DNA of 64,000 nucleotides from Nocardioides sp. (GCF_050699375.1 NZ_JBOHDN010000104.1:1151-65150); one strand, 5' to 3'. Numbered from the stretch's first letter, positions 10,378-19,522 are shown. Notes: generated from the sequence alone by a model not told the origin. Program-made: numbers and translations.

Positions 10378-11352
10378 TCAGACCTTGAAGACCGAGGAGC
10401 CGACGGTGCGGCCGGCCTCCAGGTCACGGTGGGCCTGCGCGCAGTCGGCCAGGTCGTAGCGCTGGTTGATCTCGACGCGGATCCGGCCGGATCCGACGTG
10501 GTCGAAGAGCTCGCCGGCCAGCTCGGCGCGCTCGGCCGGGTCGGCGATGTAGTCGGCCAGCGCCGGCCGGGTGACGAACACGGACCCCTTGATGGCCAGG
10601 TCCATCGCGTTGATCGGAGGGATCGGGCCCGAGGACGTGCCGAAGCAGACCAGCAGGCCCCGGCGGGCCAGCGAGTCCAGAGAGGTCTCGAAGGTGGTCG
10701 CCCCGATGCTGTCGTAGACCACTGGCACACCGGCGCCGTCGGTGAGGCGGCGTACCTCGGCGGCCACATCCTGCTCGCGATAGAGGATGACCTCGGCGCA
10801 GCCGTGAGCCCGGGCCACCTCTGCCTTCTCAGGCGTCGAGACCGTGCCGATCACCCGGATCCCCAGCAGGGCGGCCCACTGGCAGAAGATCAGGCCAACC
10901 CCACCGGCCGCGGCGTGCAGCAGCACGGTGTCACCGGCCTCGAGCGGGTGGATGCGGCGCAGCAGGTAGGCGGTCGTCAGCCCACGCATGGTCATCGCCG
11001 CGGCGGTCTCGAACTCGATGCCGTCGGGAAGCCTGATCAACGAGTCGGTCGGCATCACCCGCTCGGTGCTGTACGCACCCAGCGGGCTGCCGGTGTAGGT
11101 CACCCGGTCCCCCGGAGCGAACTCGGCAACCCCCGGGCCCACGGCCTCGACGACCCCCGCGCCCTCGACACCGAGCCCGTTCGGGAGCGGGGCCGGGTAG
11201 AGCCCGGTGCGGAAGTAGGTGTCGGCGAAGTTGAGCCCGACCGCGGCGTGGCGGACCCTGACCTCGCCGGGTCCCGGGGCGCCCACCTCGACAGGCATCC
11301 AACGCATGACCTCGGGCCCTCCGGGCTTCTCGATCCGTACGGCGTGTGCCAC
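10378..11352 (-). CDS. qor: NADPH:quinone oxidoreductase (zeta-crystallin-like MDR)
   Basis: 324 aa. ..EVRVRHAAVGLNFADTYFRTGLYP..GVEGAGVVEAVG, classic Qor pattern; GTG start. Confidence 0.85.
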   Translation of the reverse strand: MAHAVRIEKPGGPEVMRWMPVEVGAPGPGEVRVRHAAVGLNFADTYFRTGLYPAPLPNGLGVEGAGVVEAVGPGVAEFAPGDRVTYTGSPLGAYSTERVMPTDSLIRLPDGIEFETAAAMTMRGLTTAYLLRRIHPLEAGDTVLLHAAAGGVGLIFCQWAALLGIRVIGTVSTPEKAEVARAHGCAEVILYREQDVAAEVRRLTDGAGVPVVYDSIGATTFETSLDSLARRGLLVCFGTSSGPIPPINAMDLAIKGSVFVTRPALADYIADPAERAELAGELFDHVGSGRIRVEINQRYDLADCAQAHRDLEAGRTVGSSVFKV

Positions 11353-11466
11353 TTCTGACCTCCTCCGACTGACAATGTGACGTACGCAACACTAGGGACC
11401 GTGGCCCGTCTTCGCTTATCCTGACGGGACAGATTGCTTGTCATTCAGGGACACCAAAGGGGACAC

Positions 11467-12465
11467 GTGAAGCCACTCGCCCGCTACGCGGCACTCAACG
11501 GGTACGGCGACCTCAGCCGGTCGCTCGGTCTCGATCCGGGCGACCTGCTGCGTCGTTGCGGCCTCGACCCGGCGGGCCTCGGAATGCCGGATCGGTGGGT
11601 GCCCGCGGTCGCCGTCGCAGCTCTCCTCGAGCGTTCGGCGCGGGAGTCGGGCCACGAGGACTTCGGGCTGCAGCTGGCGGAGCGACGACGGTTCTCCAAC
11701 CTCGGCCCCGTGAGCCTGGTGGTCCGAGAAGAGCCGGACGTACGCAGCATGCTGCGCATCCTGAGCCGCTACGAACACATGTACAACGAGTCGCTGCGCA
11801 CCCGCCTCACCGAGTCCGGGGGCACTGCGACGATCCGGGTCGAGCTCGACCTCGGCGAGCCGGCCGAGTCGCGCCAGGCGATCGAGCTGGCCGTCGCCGT
11901 GGTGCACCGCCTGCTGCGTGGGTTCCTGGGGGCGGACTGGCGCCCCATCGCGGTCTGCTTCGCCCACCACCCGCCGGCCGACACCACCGCTCACCGACGG
12001 GTGTTCGGCACGACGGTCACCTTCGACCACGAGTTCCACGGGCTGGTGTTCTCCGCCGCCGAGCTCGCCGCACCCAACCGGATGGCCGACCCCGGCCTCC
12101 ACCAGTACGCCTACCACCTCCTGGAGTCGGTCGAGCCGTCCCGATCGGGCACCGTCCCCGACCGGGTGCGCGAGCTGATCGAGGTCCTGCTGCCGACCGG
12201 ACGCTGCTCGATCGAACAGGTCGCTCGCAGCCTCGGCGTGAACCGTCGAACCATCCATCGCCGGCTCGCGGCGTACGACCTGACGTTCTCCTCGGTCCTT
12301 GACGAGACCCGCGCAGCGCTCGCCGAGCGCATGCTCGCCGGTGGGCACTACACGCTGACGGAGATCTCCGAGCTCTTGTCCTTCTCCGCCCCGAGCAACT
12401 TCACCCGATGGTTCCGCGGCAGGTACGGCTGCAGCCCGAGTCGATGGCGCGCAGATCAGCTGTAG
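11467..12465 (+). CDS. AraC-family transcriptional regulator with N-terminal AraC-binding-like domain
   Basis: C-terminal double HTH (..IEQVARSLGVNRRTIHRRL.., ..FSAPSNFTRWFRGRYGCSPSRWR). GTG 11467 preferred over TTG 11434. Confidence 0.8.
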   Translation: MKPLARYAALNGYGDLSRSLGLDPGDLLRRCGLDPAGLGMPDRWVPAVAVAALLERSARESGHEDFGLQLAERRRFSNLGPVSLVVREEPDVRSMLRILSRYEHMYNESLRTRLTESGGTATIRVELDLGEPAESRQAIELAVAVVHRLLRGFLGADWRPIAVCFAHHPPADTTAHRRVFGTTVTFDHEFHGLVFSAAELAAPNRMADPGLHQYAYHLLESVEPSRSGTVPDRVRELIEVLLPTGRCSIEQVARSLGVNRRTIHRRLAAYDLTFSSVLDETRAALAERMLAGGHYTLTEISELLSFSAPSNFTRWFRGRYGCSPSRWRADQL

Positions 12466-12547
12466 ATGGTCCACAGCCTCGCCACGAGATGGGAGCCTGG
12501 CGCATGTGCTCCCTGGTCAGGTCCTCGACGAAAGTGACGGAGGAGTC

Positions 12548-12643
12548 ATGTCAGAGACAACCCCCACCCGGGCTGTGAACATCACCGAGACCTGGGACGA
12601 GAACGCACTGACGCACGGCGAGCCCGCGAAGTACGTCTTCTGA
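12548..12643 (+). CDS. candidate small ORF (31 aa, MSETTPTRAVNITETWDENALTHGEPAKYVF)
   Basis: ATG preceded by GGAGGAG (12539-12545) and mostly G/C third positions. It is below the ORF-track length cutoff and I recognise no family. Confidence 0.25.
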   Translation: MSETTPTRAVNITETWDENALTHGEPAKYVF

Positions 12644-12650
12644 GGCTGGG

Positions 12651-13436
12651 TCAGCTCGAGGCCTTCTCCGAGATGCGCTCCAGCTTGGTCCAGCCGGTGT
12701 AGCCGCGCCTCTCGATCAGGCGCATGAGGTCGTGGGCGACGGGGACCTGCTCGACGAACATCGAGTCGAGCAGGGCGACGAGCTCGGGGGGCATGGCCTG
12801 GTCGGCGTCGACGTAGGCGGCCCAGTCCGCGGGGGAGAGCGCATCGAGCTGGGCGACGATCTGGTCGGCGATCCCTTCCAGACGGGGGTCGCCGGGCTGC
12901 CAGTCGAGCATGGCCTCGAGCTCGCGATAGGTCTCCACGATCGACGGGTCCTCGAGCTGGCCGACCTTGCTGCGGATGAAGGCCTCCATGCTCTGCGGCT
13001 GCTGGGCGGCGACGAGGATCCAGGCGTCGCGTTCGCCTTCGATCATCCGCTCCGGGATGCCGAGCTCCCGCATCCGTTCCAGATAGGCGACCGCCTCCGG
13101 CGGGAGAGCGAGCCCGTCACCATGGACGAGCCGGGCGATCCGCTCGCGGTGGCCCTGGCGCTCGCGGATCTCGAGGCGGAGGCGCTTGTCGATCTCGGCG
13201 ACCGCCTTCTTGAAGTCGTCGTCGCCGGCGCCCAGCATCTCCTTGACACGGGAGAGCGGGACGCCGGCGTCGGCGAGGATGCGGATCTTGATCAGGTCCA
13301 CGACAGCGGCGGCGTCGTAGCGTCGGTAACCCGAGTGGTCACGATCGGGCTCCACCAGCAACCCTTTGGCGTGGTAGTGGCGTACGGCCCGGACGGTGAC
13401 ACCGGCTGAGGTCGCCAACTGGCTGATCGTGAGCAT
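12651..13436 (-). CDS. MerR-family transcriptional regulator with long C-terminal effector domain
   Basis: MLTISQLATSAGVTVRAVRHYHAKGLL..GYRRY, the MerR HTH. 261 aa; sits downstream of the ABC pair on the same strand. Confidence 0.85.
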   Translation of the reverse strand: MLTISQLATSAGVTVRAVRHYHAKGLLVEPDRDHSGYRRYDAAAVVDLIKIRILADAGVPLSRVKEMLGAGDDDFKKAVAEIDKRLRLEIRERQGHRERIARLVHGDGLALPPEAVAYLERMRELGIPERMIEGERDAWILVAAQQPQSMEAFIRSKVGQLEDPSIVETYRELEAMLDWQPGDPRLEGIADQIVAQLDALSPADWAAYVDADQAMPPELVALLDSMFVEQVPVAHDLMRLIERRGYTGWTKLERISEKASS

Positions 13437-13518
13437 TGCCGAATCCTGGCAACGAACCGCTTGGCTGTCTCCGTTATTGAATTTTGATGACCGAGCTGTG
13501 TTGATGCTTCTGGATCTG

Positions 13519-14283
13519 TCAGGCGAACTTGCGGCGGTAGGCGCCGTTGGCCAGGACGTACGCGACGACCAGCAGGCCGACGCACCAGGCCAGTGCGATC
13601 CACAGCTCGTTGCCCAGGTCCTGACCAGCGAAGATCGCCCGGATCGAGTCGACGATCGAGGTGACCGGCTGGTGCTCCGCGAAGGCTCGTACCGGGCCGG
13701 GCATGGTGTCGGTCGGTACGAACGCCGAGCTGAGGAAGGGCAGGAAGATCAGCGGGTAGGAGAACGCGCTGGCTCCCTCGACCGTGCCGGCCGTCAGTCC
13801 CGGAACCACCGCGAGCCAGGTCAGCGCGAGGGTGAACAGGGCCAGGATGCCGATGACGGCGAGCCAGTCGAGCACGCTCGCGCCGGTGCGGAAGCCCATC
13901 AGCAGGGCGACGAGCACCACCACGACCAGCGAGATCATGTTGGCGACGACCGAGGTCAGCACGTGGCCCCACAGCACCGCGGACCGGGCGATCGGCATCG
14001 ACTGGAACCGGTCGAACATGCCCCCGTTCTTGTCCTGGAACAGGCGGTAGGCGGTGTAGGCGATGCCGGAGGCGATCGTGATCAACAAGATGCCGGGTAG
14101 CTGATAGCTGACGTAGCTCTCGTGGGAGCCGGTGTCGATCGCGCCGCCGAAGACGTACACGAACATGAGCATCATGGCGACCGGCGTGATCGCGGTGGTG
14201 ACGATGGTGTCGGGGCTGCGGCCGATGTGTCGCAGGGAGCGGCCGAGCAGGACGGCGGTGTCGCCGAAGAATCGGGTGGTCAT
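13519..14283 (-). CDS. ABC-2 type transporter permease (DrrB-like)
   Basis: 254 aa with six hydrophobic segments. The start overlaps the ATPase stop (ATGA). Confidence 0.8.
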   Translation of the reverse strand: MTTRFFGDTAVLLGRSLRHIGRSPDTIVTTAITPVAMMLMFVYVFGGAIDTGSHESYVSYQLPGILLITIASGIAYTAYRLFQDKNGGMFDRFQSMPIARSAVLWGHVLTSVVANMISLVVVVLVALLMGFRTGASVLDWLAVIGILALFTLALTWLAVVPGLTAGTVEGASAFSYPLIFLPFLSSAFVPTDTMPGPVRAFAEHQPVTSIVDSIRAIFAGQDLGNELWIALAWCVGLLVVAYVLANGAYRRKFA

Positions 14284-15077
14284 CGTGACTCCTTCACGTT
14301 GTTCGAGCTGGCGGACCTGCCGTTGGACTTGCTGGTGATGGCGAGGAAGATCTCCTCGAGGGACGGCTGCTTCTCGACGTACTCCTGCTTCGCGGGCGGG
14401 AACATCGCCTTGAGCTCGGCGAGGGTTCCGTTGGCGATGATGCGGCCCTCGTGGAGGATCGCGATCCGGTCGGCGAGCTGCTCGGCCTCCTCGAGGTACT
14501 GCGTGGTGAGCAGGACGGTCGTGCCGTTGTCGGCGAGGTCCTTGACCGCCTGCCAGACCTCGATCCGGGCCTCCGGGTCGAGACCGGTGGTCGGCTCGTC
14601 GAGGAAGATCACCGGCGGGTTGCCGATCAGGCTCATCGCGATGTCGATCCGGCGGCGCATGCCACCCGAGTACGTCGCGACCTTGCGGTTGCCGGCCTCG
14701 GTGAGCGAGAACCGGGCGAGGAGCTCGTCGGCGACCGCGCCCGGGTTCTTCCGGCGGAGCAGCTTGGCGATCAGGATCAGGTTCTCGCGACCGGTCAGGA
14801 TCTCGTCGACGGCGGCGAACTGACCGGTGAGGCTGATGGAGCTGCGTACGTCCTGGGCCTGGGCCTTGACGTCGAAGCCGTTGACCGTCGCCTGACCGCC
14901 GTCTGCCTTGAGCAGCGTGGTCAGGATCTTCACGGCCGTGGTCTTGCCGGCGCCGTTGGAGCCGAGAAGGGCGAAGATGCTCCCCTTCTCGACGCTCAGG
15001 TCGACGCCCTGGAGGACGTTCAGGTCACCGTAGGACTTGGTCAGTCCGGCGATCTGGATTGCTGATGTCGGGTTCAT
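14280..15077 (-). CDS. ABC transporter ATP-binding protein (DrrA-like)
   Basis: Walker A GSNGAGKTT, signature YSGGMRRR, Walker B VIFLDEPT. ATG at 15077 preferred over the upstream ORF start. Confidence 0.85.
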   Translation of the reverse strand: MNPTSAIQIAGLTKSYGDLNVLQGVDLSVEKGSIFALLGSNGAGKTTAVKILTTLLKADGGQATVNGFDVKAQAQDVRSSISLTGQFAAVDEILTGRENLILIAKLLRRKNPGAVADELLARFSLTEAGNRKVATYSGGMRRRIDIAMSLIGNPPVIFLDEPTTGLDPEARIEVWQAVKDLADNGTTVLLTTQYLEEAEQLADRIAILHEGRIIANGTLAELKAMFPPAKQEYVEKQPSLEEIFLAITSKSNGRSASSNNVKESR

Positions 15078-15095
15078 GTCGATAAGCGTCGAGGG

Positions 15096-15110
15096 TTGAC
15101 CCTGGGTCAA
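15096..15110. promoter_or_regulatory. 15-bp palindrome TTGACCCTGGGTCAA upstream of the ABC ATPase gene (candidate MerR-type operator)
   Basis: Perfect dyad read from the sequence, 19 nt upstream of the ATPase start. The functional assignment is inference. Confidence 0.3.
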
Positions 15111-15181
15111 GGTCAAGCGGAAGTTTCGATCTATCTCCGCTGGGCCTGGTCCGACGCGGCAACGATCGATAAATCATCCCT

Positions 15182-15211
15182 TTGACTTCAAGTACTTGAA
15201 GTTCTTAGCGT
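15182..15211 (+). promoter_or_regulatory. candidate MerR-type promoter: TTGACT, 18-nt spacer containing an 18-bp perfect palindrome (ACTTCAAGTACTTGAAGT, 15185-15202), then TAGCGT
   Basis: Read from the sequence. The -10-like hexamer ends 7 nt before the GTG at 15219, implying a leaderless transcript. Confidence 0.4.
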
Positions 15212-15218
15212 CTTCGGT

Positions 15219-15677
15219 GTGACTGCATCAACGACTCGGACATACACGATCCGAGAGGTGGCGACGCTGACCGGGCTCCCGGCCAGCACGCTGCGCTACT
15301 ACGAGACGATCGGGTTGATCTCGCCGGTCGGCCGCGGCGCCAGCAGCGGACATCGGGTCTATGACGAGACCGACCTGGACCAGCTGACCGGGGTCGCCTG
15401 CCTCGCCGCGATCGGCCTCTCGATCGATGACATGAGGACGTACGTCACCAACAGCCGTCTCGGGAGCGACGGTGCGGGCGAGCAGATCGACATGCTCACC
15501 GAGCACGCCGCGCGCCTCGCCCGGGAGGCCGAGCATCTCGAGCTGCGACGGACGTACGTCGGTCTCAAGACCGACTACTGGCGTGCCGTCGCGGCCGGCG
15601 ATCAGGTGCGTGCCGAGGAGATCGGCGACCAGGCGCACAAGCTGGCCGACAAGATCCGCAGCCGCGAGAGCCAGTAA
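15219..15677 (+). CDS. MerR-family transcriptional regulator (152 aa)
   Basis: YTIREVATLTGLPASTLRYYETIGLI..GHRVY, the MerR HTH. GTG start, followed 33 nt later by an alcohol dehydrogenase gene. Confidence 0.85.
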   Translation: MTASTTRTYTIREVATLTGLPASTLRYYETIGLISPVGRGASSGHRVYDETDLDQLTGVACLAAIGLSIDDMRTYVTNSRLGSDGAGEQIDMLTEHAARLAREAEHLELRRTYVGLKTDYWRAVAAGDQVRAEEIGDQAHKLADKIRSRESQ

Positions 15678-15710
15678 CCACCACCCATCTCAGACTCAGG
15701 AGAAACACCT

Positions 15711-16757
15711 ATGCGCGTCAACGCGTACGCAGCACCCTCCGCCGGCGAGCCGCTGGCGAAGACCACCATCGAGCGCCGTGAGGTCGGCGCGAACGACGTC
15801 CTCATCGCGATCGAGTTCGCCGGCATCTGCCACTCCGACATCCACACCGTCAACGGCGACTGGGGCCCGCAGCCGTACCCGGTCGTGCCCGGCCACGAGA
15901 TCGTCGGCCGCGTCACCGAGGTCGGCGCGGCCGTCACCGGCCACAAGGTCGGCGACCGCGTCGGTGTCGGCTGCTTCGTGAACTCGTGCCGCGAGTGCGA
16001 CAACTGCCGCAACGGCGACGAGCAGCACTGTTCGACCCCGGGCGGCGGGGTCGGGACGTACGCCGCGAAGGACCGCGACGGTTCGTTCAGCCAGGGCGGC
16101 TACTCGACCCACGTCGTCGTCGACGCGCACTTCGCGCTCAAGGTGCCCGAGGGCATGGACGCGGCGGCCGCGACGCCGCTGCTGTGCGCCGGCATCACAA
16201 CGTACGCTCCCCTGAAGAAGTGGGGTGCGGGCCCGGGCAAGAAGGTCGCGGTCGTCGGCCTCGGCGGGCTGGGCCACATGGGCGTCCAGATCGCGCACGC
16301 GATGGGTGCCGAGGTCACCGTGCTCTCGCAGTCGCTGAAGAAGCAGGAGGACGGGCTGCGACTCGGCGCTGACCACTACTACGCCACCTCCGACCCGGCG
16401 ACGTTCGAGCAGCTGGCCAGCTCGTTCGACCTGATCGTGAACACCGTCAGCGCGAAGATCGACCTCGACGCCTACCTCGGCATGCTCGCCGTGGACGGCA
16501 CCATGGTCAACGTCGGGGCGCCCGCGGAGCCGCTCAGCGTCAACGTGTTCTCGCTGATCACCAACCGGCGCAACTTCGCCGGCTCGATGATCGGCGGCAT
16601 CGCGCTGACCCAGGAGATGCTCGACTTCTGCGCCGAGCACGGCATCGGCTCCGAGATCGAGGTCATCTCCGCGGACCAGATCAACGAGGCGTACGCCCGG
16701 GTCCTGGCCTCCGACGTGCGCTACCGATTCGTGATCGACACCGCCACGCTGGCCTGA
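15711..16757 (+). CDS. Zn-dependent NAD(P) alcohol dehydrogenase (cinnamyl-ADH / YahK-like)
   Basis: 348 aa. [14 protein letters not shown], the C-x2-C-x2-C-x7-C structural zinc site ([15 protein letters not shown]) and GLGGLGH Rossmann motif. Confidence 0.85.
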   Translation: MRVNAYAAPSAGEPLAKTTIERREVGANDVLIAIEFAGICHSDIHTVNGDWGPQPYPVVPGHEIVGRVTEVGAAVTGHKVGDRVGVGCFVNSCRECDNCRNGDEQHCSTPGGGVGTYAAKDRDGSFSQGGYSTHVVVDAHFALKVPEGMDAAAATPLLCAGITTYAPLKKWGAGPGKKVAVVGLGGLGHMGVQIAHAMGAEVTVLSQSLKKQEDGLRLGADHYYATSDPATFEQLASSFDLIVNTVSAKIDLDAYLGMLAVDGTMVNVGAPAEPLSVNVFSLITNRRNFAGSMIGGIALTQEMLDFCAEHGIGSEIEVISADQINEAYARVLASDVRYRFVIDTATLA

Positions 16758-16812
16758 TCTCACGGGGCGGGCGTGCCTCGCCCACCCAGGACCGTTCGGC
16801 AGCAGGCGGATA

Positions 16813-16867
16813 GTCCCTGACGGTTCGGCCCATCTACTCGGGAGTAATGGGCCGAACCGTCAGGGAC
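16813..16867. repeat. 55-bp near-perfect palindrome (21-bp perfect arms GTCCCTGACGGTTCGGCCCAT / ATGGGCCGAACCGTCAGGGAC; the 13-nt centre is itself nearly self-complementary)
   Basis: Read directly. It lies 56 nt after the ADH stop, at the left edge of a lower-GC segment. Confidence 0.85.
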
Positions 16868-17005
16868 CAACTCAGTTGCCGGGCGACGAGAACTAACCCG
16901 GCCACCCGGTCCGCTGGCTCGACCACTGGGCTCAAAGTCCCGGCTCAACGCGAAGCAGCCCGCCAGACCACCGACGCCTTTACCCTGGAAAAGAGGGAAG
17001 GGGCC

Positions 17006-17805
17006 ATGATGGCGCACACCGCTCATTGCGCAAACGCAACGAATCCCCGATGCAAGTGCTCATGCCAGCATTCTCTGCATGGCGCGTCGAGCGGGTACTT
17101 CAGCCCGACGCAGGTGGCTCGCGCCCGGGAACCAATCTTGGCCGAGGTCGCTCGTTCCGATAAGTGGCCCACCTCGCTAGCCGCCGATCGCAGCGCTGTC
17201 TTGGGTTACTCGGCGGCGCTCCGCCTGGCAAAGTGTGACCTCGATACACAGTCGGCGGCAGCGTCCAAGTTGATTGTGGCCGGACTGGTCAGAGGCGACC
17301 TGACCCAGGAACTGGTCGACTCGGCTGTGAACAGTCTGATGGCACACGACGGTGTCGCCGGGAACACGGCGCACGACAGGGCGGCGAAGGAGCTGGAGCT
17401 TCACCTCTTGTGCACGCTGTTCTGGATGGCCCATCAGGCGGCTGCCGGACTTCAGGACGCGCTGACCCGGACGTCGGTGAGTTCATCGAGGCGGCCCTTT
17501 TCCTGCCAAATCGGCCTCGCACCGTCCACGCTGCAGTTGTCCATGGCGTCAAGGATGCGTTCGCAGAGAACCTTGCATCAGAGGCAACTGCGGTTTTCCT
17601 GCAACACATCGGCGCCCCCAACGCTGACGAGCTGCGTCTGCTCGCCGTGATGTTCTGCCCGAACTCTGCCACCCATCGCGAGATCCGAGCATTGGAGACA
17701 GAGATCGCTGAGGACTACGCCGCTGCATCTATCGGCCATGCGATTCGGGCGGCGCAGGACAATCTGGACCGCGGGGCCACAGGCAAGGAAGCAGATCAGA
17801 GCTAG
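17006..17805 (+). pseudogene. frameshifted hypothetical gene (Cys-rich N-terminus HCANATNPRCKCSCQH; reading continues in another frame from about 17450)
   Basis: ATG at 17006 with AAGAGGGAAGGGG upstream. ORF 16847-17650 and ORF 17410-17805 overlap in different frames and both look protein-like. About 60 percent GC. Confidence 0.4.
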
Positions 17806-17925
17806 CGGCGCTCCCGCCGCCATTCCCGAAAATTCTGCTGCCCGACCCTCCAAGCTCGCTTGGAGACCAAAGCACCAGTGCGTACGGCTTTGGCAACTAC
17901 CCGAATCCGAGCGGCACCGCGACGC
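17802..17925 (-). pseudogene. decayed copy of the 3' end of the NmrA-like oxidoreductase gene found at 21176-21922
   Basis: Nucleotide alignment by eye to 21176-21300. It encodes ..AVPLGFG*LPKAVRTGALVSKRAWRVGQQNFREWRRERR* versus ..PVPLGLGAAAKAVRNGDLVSKRAWRVGQQTFREWRRERR*, with an in-frame TAG. Confidence 0.65.
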
Positions 17926-18036
17926 TCGGCTGTTCCAACACGAGTGGGCGATTGTGGCACCCGGGTCCGGACTGCCACTATCGCCCACCCACAGGCTGGA
18001 TCAGGTCAGCATAGTGAGCTCGCTTCTGCCGGCCGG

Positions 18037-18639
18037 CTAGGTCGGCGGCGTCACCGACGCGATGCCGCGGACCGCGTGCTCGAGGGCATGCCTCGCGACC
18101 GGGTCGGCGACCCTCGTGGACTGGAGCAGCAGCGCGGCGGGCAGGGTGACGACGCAGTGGCGTACCGATGCGACGGCCACCCGGTCCGTCCGTCCCCACA
18201 GCGCGGAGGCAAGCTCCAGATGGAGCGCGCCGAGCTCCTCACGGAGCCGGACCAGGTGCGTACGTCCCTCGTCATCGAGGTCGGAGGCCAGCAGGTCGTC
18301 GGCATTGGCCGCGAGCAGGAGCCGGGCGCCGTCGGCGTCATGACCCGCGTACGCAGCGGGCGCGAGCGCCGCCACGACGAGGGCGGAGATGGGGTCACCC
18401 TCCTCCATCGCCTCCTCCACCCGCTCCCGCTGGAAGGCGAGGAAGCGGCCTGCCTCCTGCGCCCAGACCCGCGCCAGCAGACCGTCGCGGGACCCGAACG
18501 CGTGATAGACCGCTCCGTTGGACGCACCCGACCTTGCGCTGAGAGCCCTGATCGTGAGCCCGCCCACGCCTCGCTCGATCCAGAGGCTCCGGGCGTGCCC
18601 GAGGAGCTCGTCCAGGTCGTACTGCCGCGGACGTCCCAC
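18037..18639 (-). CDS. TetR/AcrR-family transcriptional regulator
   Basis: GTG at 18639. The HTH GLTIRALSARSGASNGAVYHAFGSRDGLL begins 7 nt after the enoyl-CoA hydratase stop. Confidence 0.8.
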   Translation of the reverse strand: MGRPRQYDLDELLGHARSLWIERGVGGLTIRALSARSGASNGAVYHAFGSRDGLLARVWAQEAGRFLAFQRERVEEAMEEGDPISALVVAALAPAAYAGHDADGARLLLAANADDLLASDLDDEGRTHLVRLREELGALHLELASALWGRTDRVAVASVRHCVVTLPAALLLQSTRVADPVARHALEHAVRGIASVTPPT

Positions 18640-18646
18640 GGCGGCC

Positions 18647-19321
18647 TCAGGCGGAGGTGCCGTCGGCGGCGGGCCGCAGGGCTCCGACCACGGCGGCGAA
18701 CATCCTGGCCTTGATGGTGCCGAGCGTGGCCCGGTCCTTGCCGGCCAGGTCACGTACGAGACCGGCGGCCGTCTCGGCCAGCTTCTCCGACGAGGCGGCG
18801 GCGTCGACAAGCCCGACGGCTGCGGCGTCTCCCCCGCCGTAGCGCCGCCCGGTCGCCATCGCGTCGAGCGCTGTGCGCGGAGTGAGCTTGCTGGTGACCA
18901 GCGCGTTCATGCCCGGGGTGAACGGGATGTGGATGTCGACCTCGGGGAAGCAGAAGTAGCCGCGGTCCTCGCGCATCACCCGGTAGTCGTGAGCCATCGC
19001 CAGCATCGCGCCCGCACCGAACGCGTGCCCGTTGATCGCCGCGACCGTCGGGACGGGCAGGGTGAGGATCCGTGCGAAGAGGTCCTCGACCCGCTGGACG
19101 TACGTGTCGTGCTGATCGAGGTTCTGCCCCAGCCACTCGAGGTCGAGCCCGTTCGAGTAGAACTTGCCGCCGCCGATCGTGACCAGCACCGCCGGCTCGG
19201 TCGTGGCCTCGATCTGGTCGAGCGCCTCCCCGACGGCCTGGAGCCAGTCCGGCGAGAAGCGGTTCTCGTCGTTCCCGAGGTCGAGTGTCCACACCGGTCC
19301 GTCGCTGGAGATGGTGACCAT
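18647..19321 (-). CDS. enoyl-CoA hydratase/isomerase (crotonase) family protein
   Basis: 224 aa. ..AAINGHAFGAGAMLAMAHDYRVM.. oxyanion-hole pattern. Confidence 0.8.
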   Translation of the reverse strand: MVTISSDGPVWTLDLGNDENRFSPDWLQAVGEALDQIEATTEPAVLVTIGGGKFYSNGLDLEWLGQNLDQHDTYVQRVEDLFARILTLPVPTVAAINGHAFGAGAMLAMAHDYRVMREDRGYFCFPEVDIHIPFTPGMNALVTSKLTPRTALDAMATGRRYGGGDAAAVGLVDAAASSEKLAETAAGLVRDLAGKDRATLGTIKARMFAAVVGALRPAADGTSA

Positions 19322-19379
19322 GCTTGATGCTCCTTCGGCTCGTGCCTCTGTGCTTCGCGTCTTGTGCGTCGAGAGTAAC

Positions 19380-19392
19380 AGAGCGATGCTCT
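19380..19392. promoter_or_regulatory. 13-bp palindrome AGAGCGATGCTCT upstream of the crotonase-TetR pair (candidate TetR operator)
   Basis: Read from the sequence, 59 nt upstream of the crotonase start. Function is inferred only. Confidence 0.2.
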
Positions 19393-19522
19393 ATAACGCT
19401 CGATGGTCCCGGCAGGCAACCCACCCGATCGTGATTCCGATCGACCGGCCCTGCGGCGGGCACTAGTTTCAGGTGCCTGACCCGACTTACCCGGGTTGCA
19501 CACCACCGAGGAGACGTATGTC

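Noticed and set aside
16847-17005. N-terminal 53 codons of ORF 16847-17650
   Set aside because: The ATG at 16847 is the first base of the right arm of the 55-bp palindrome. A better start with a purine-rich Shine-Dalgarno exists at 17006.
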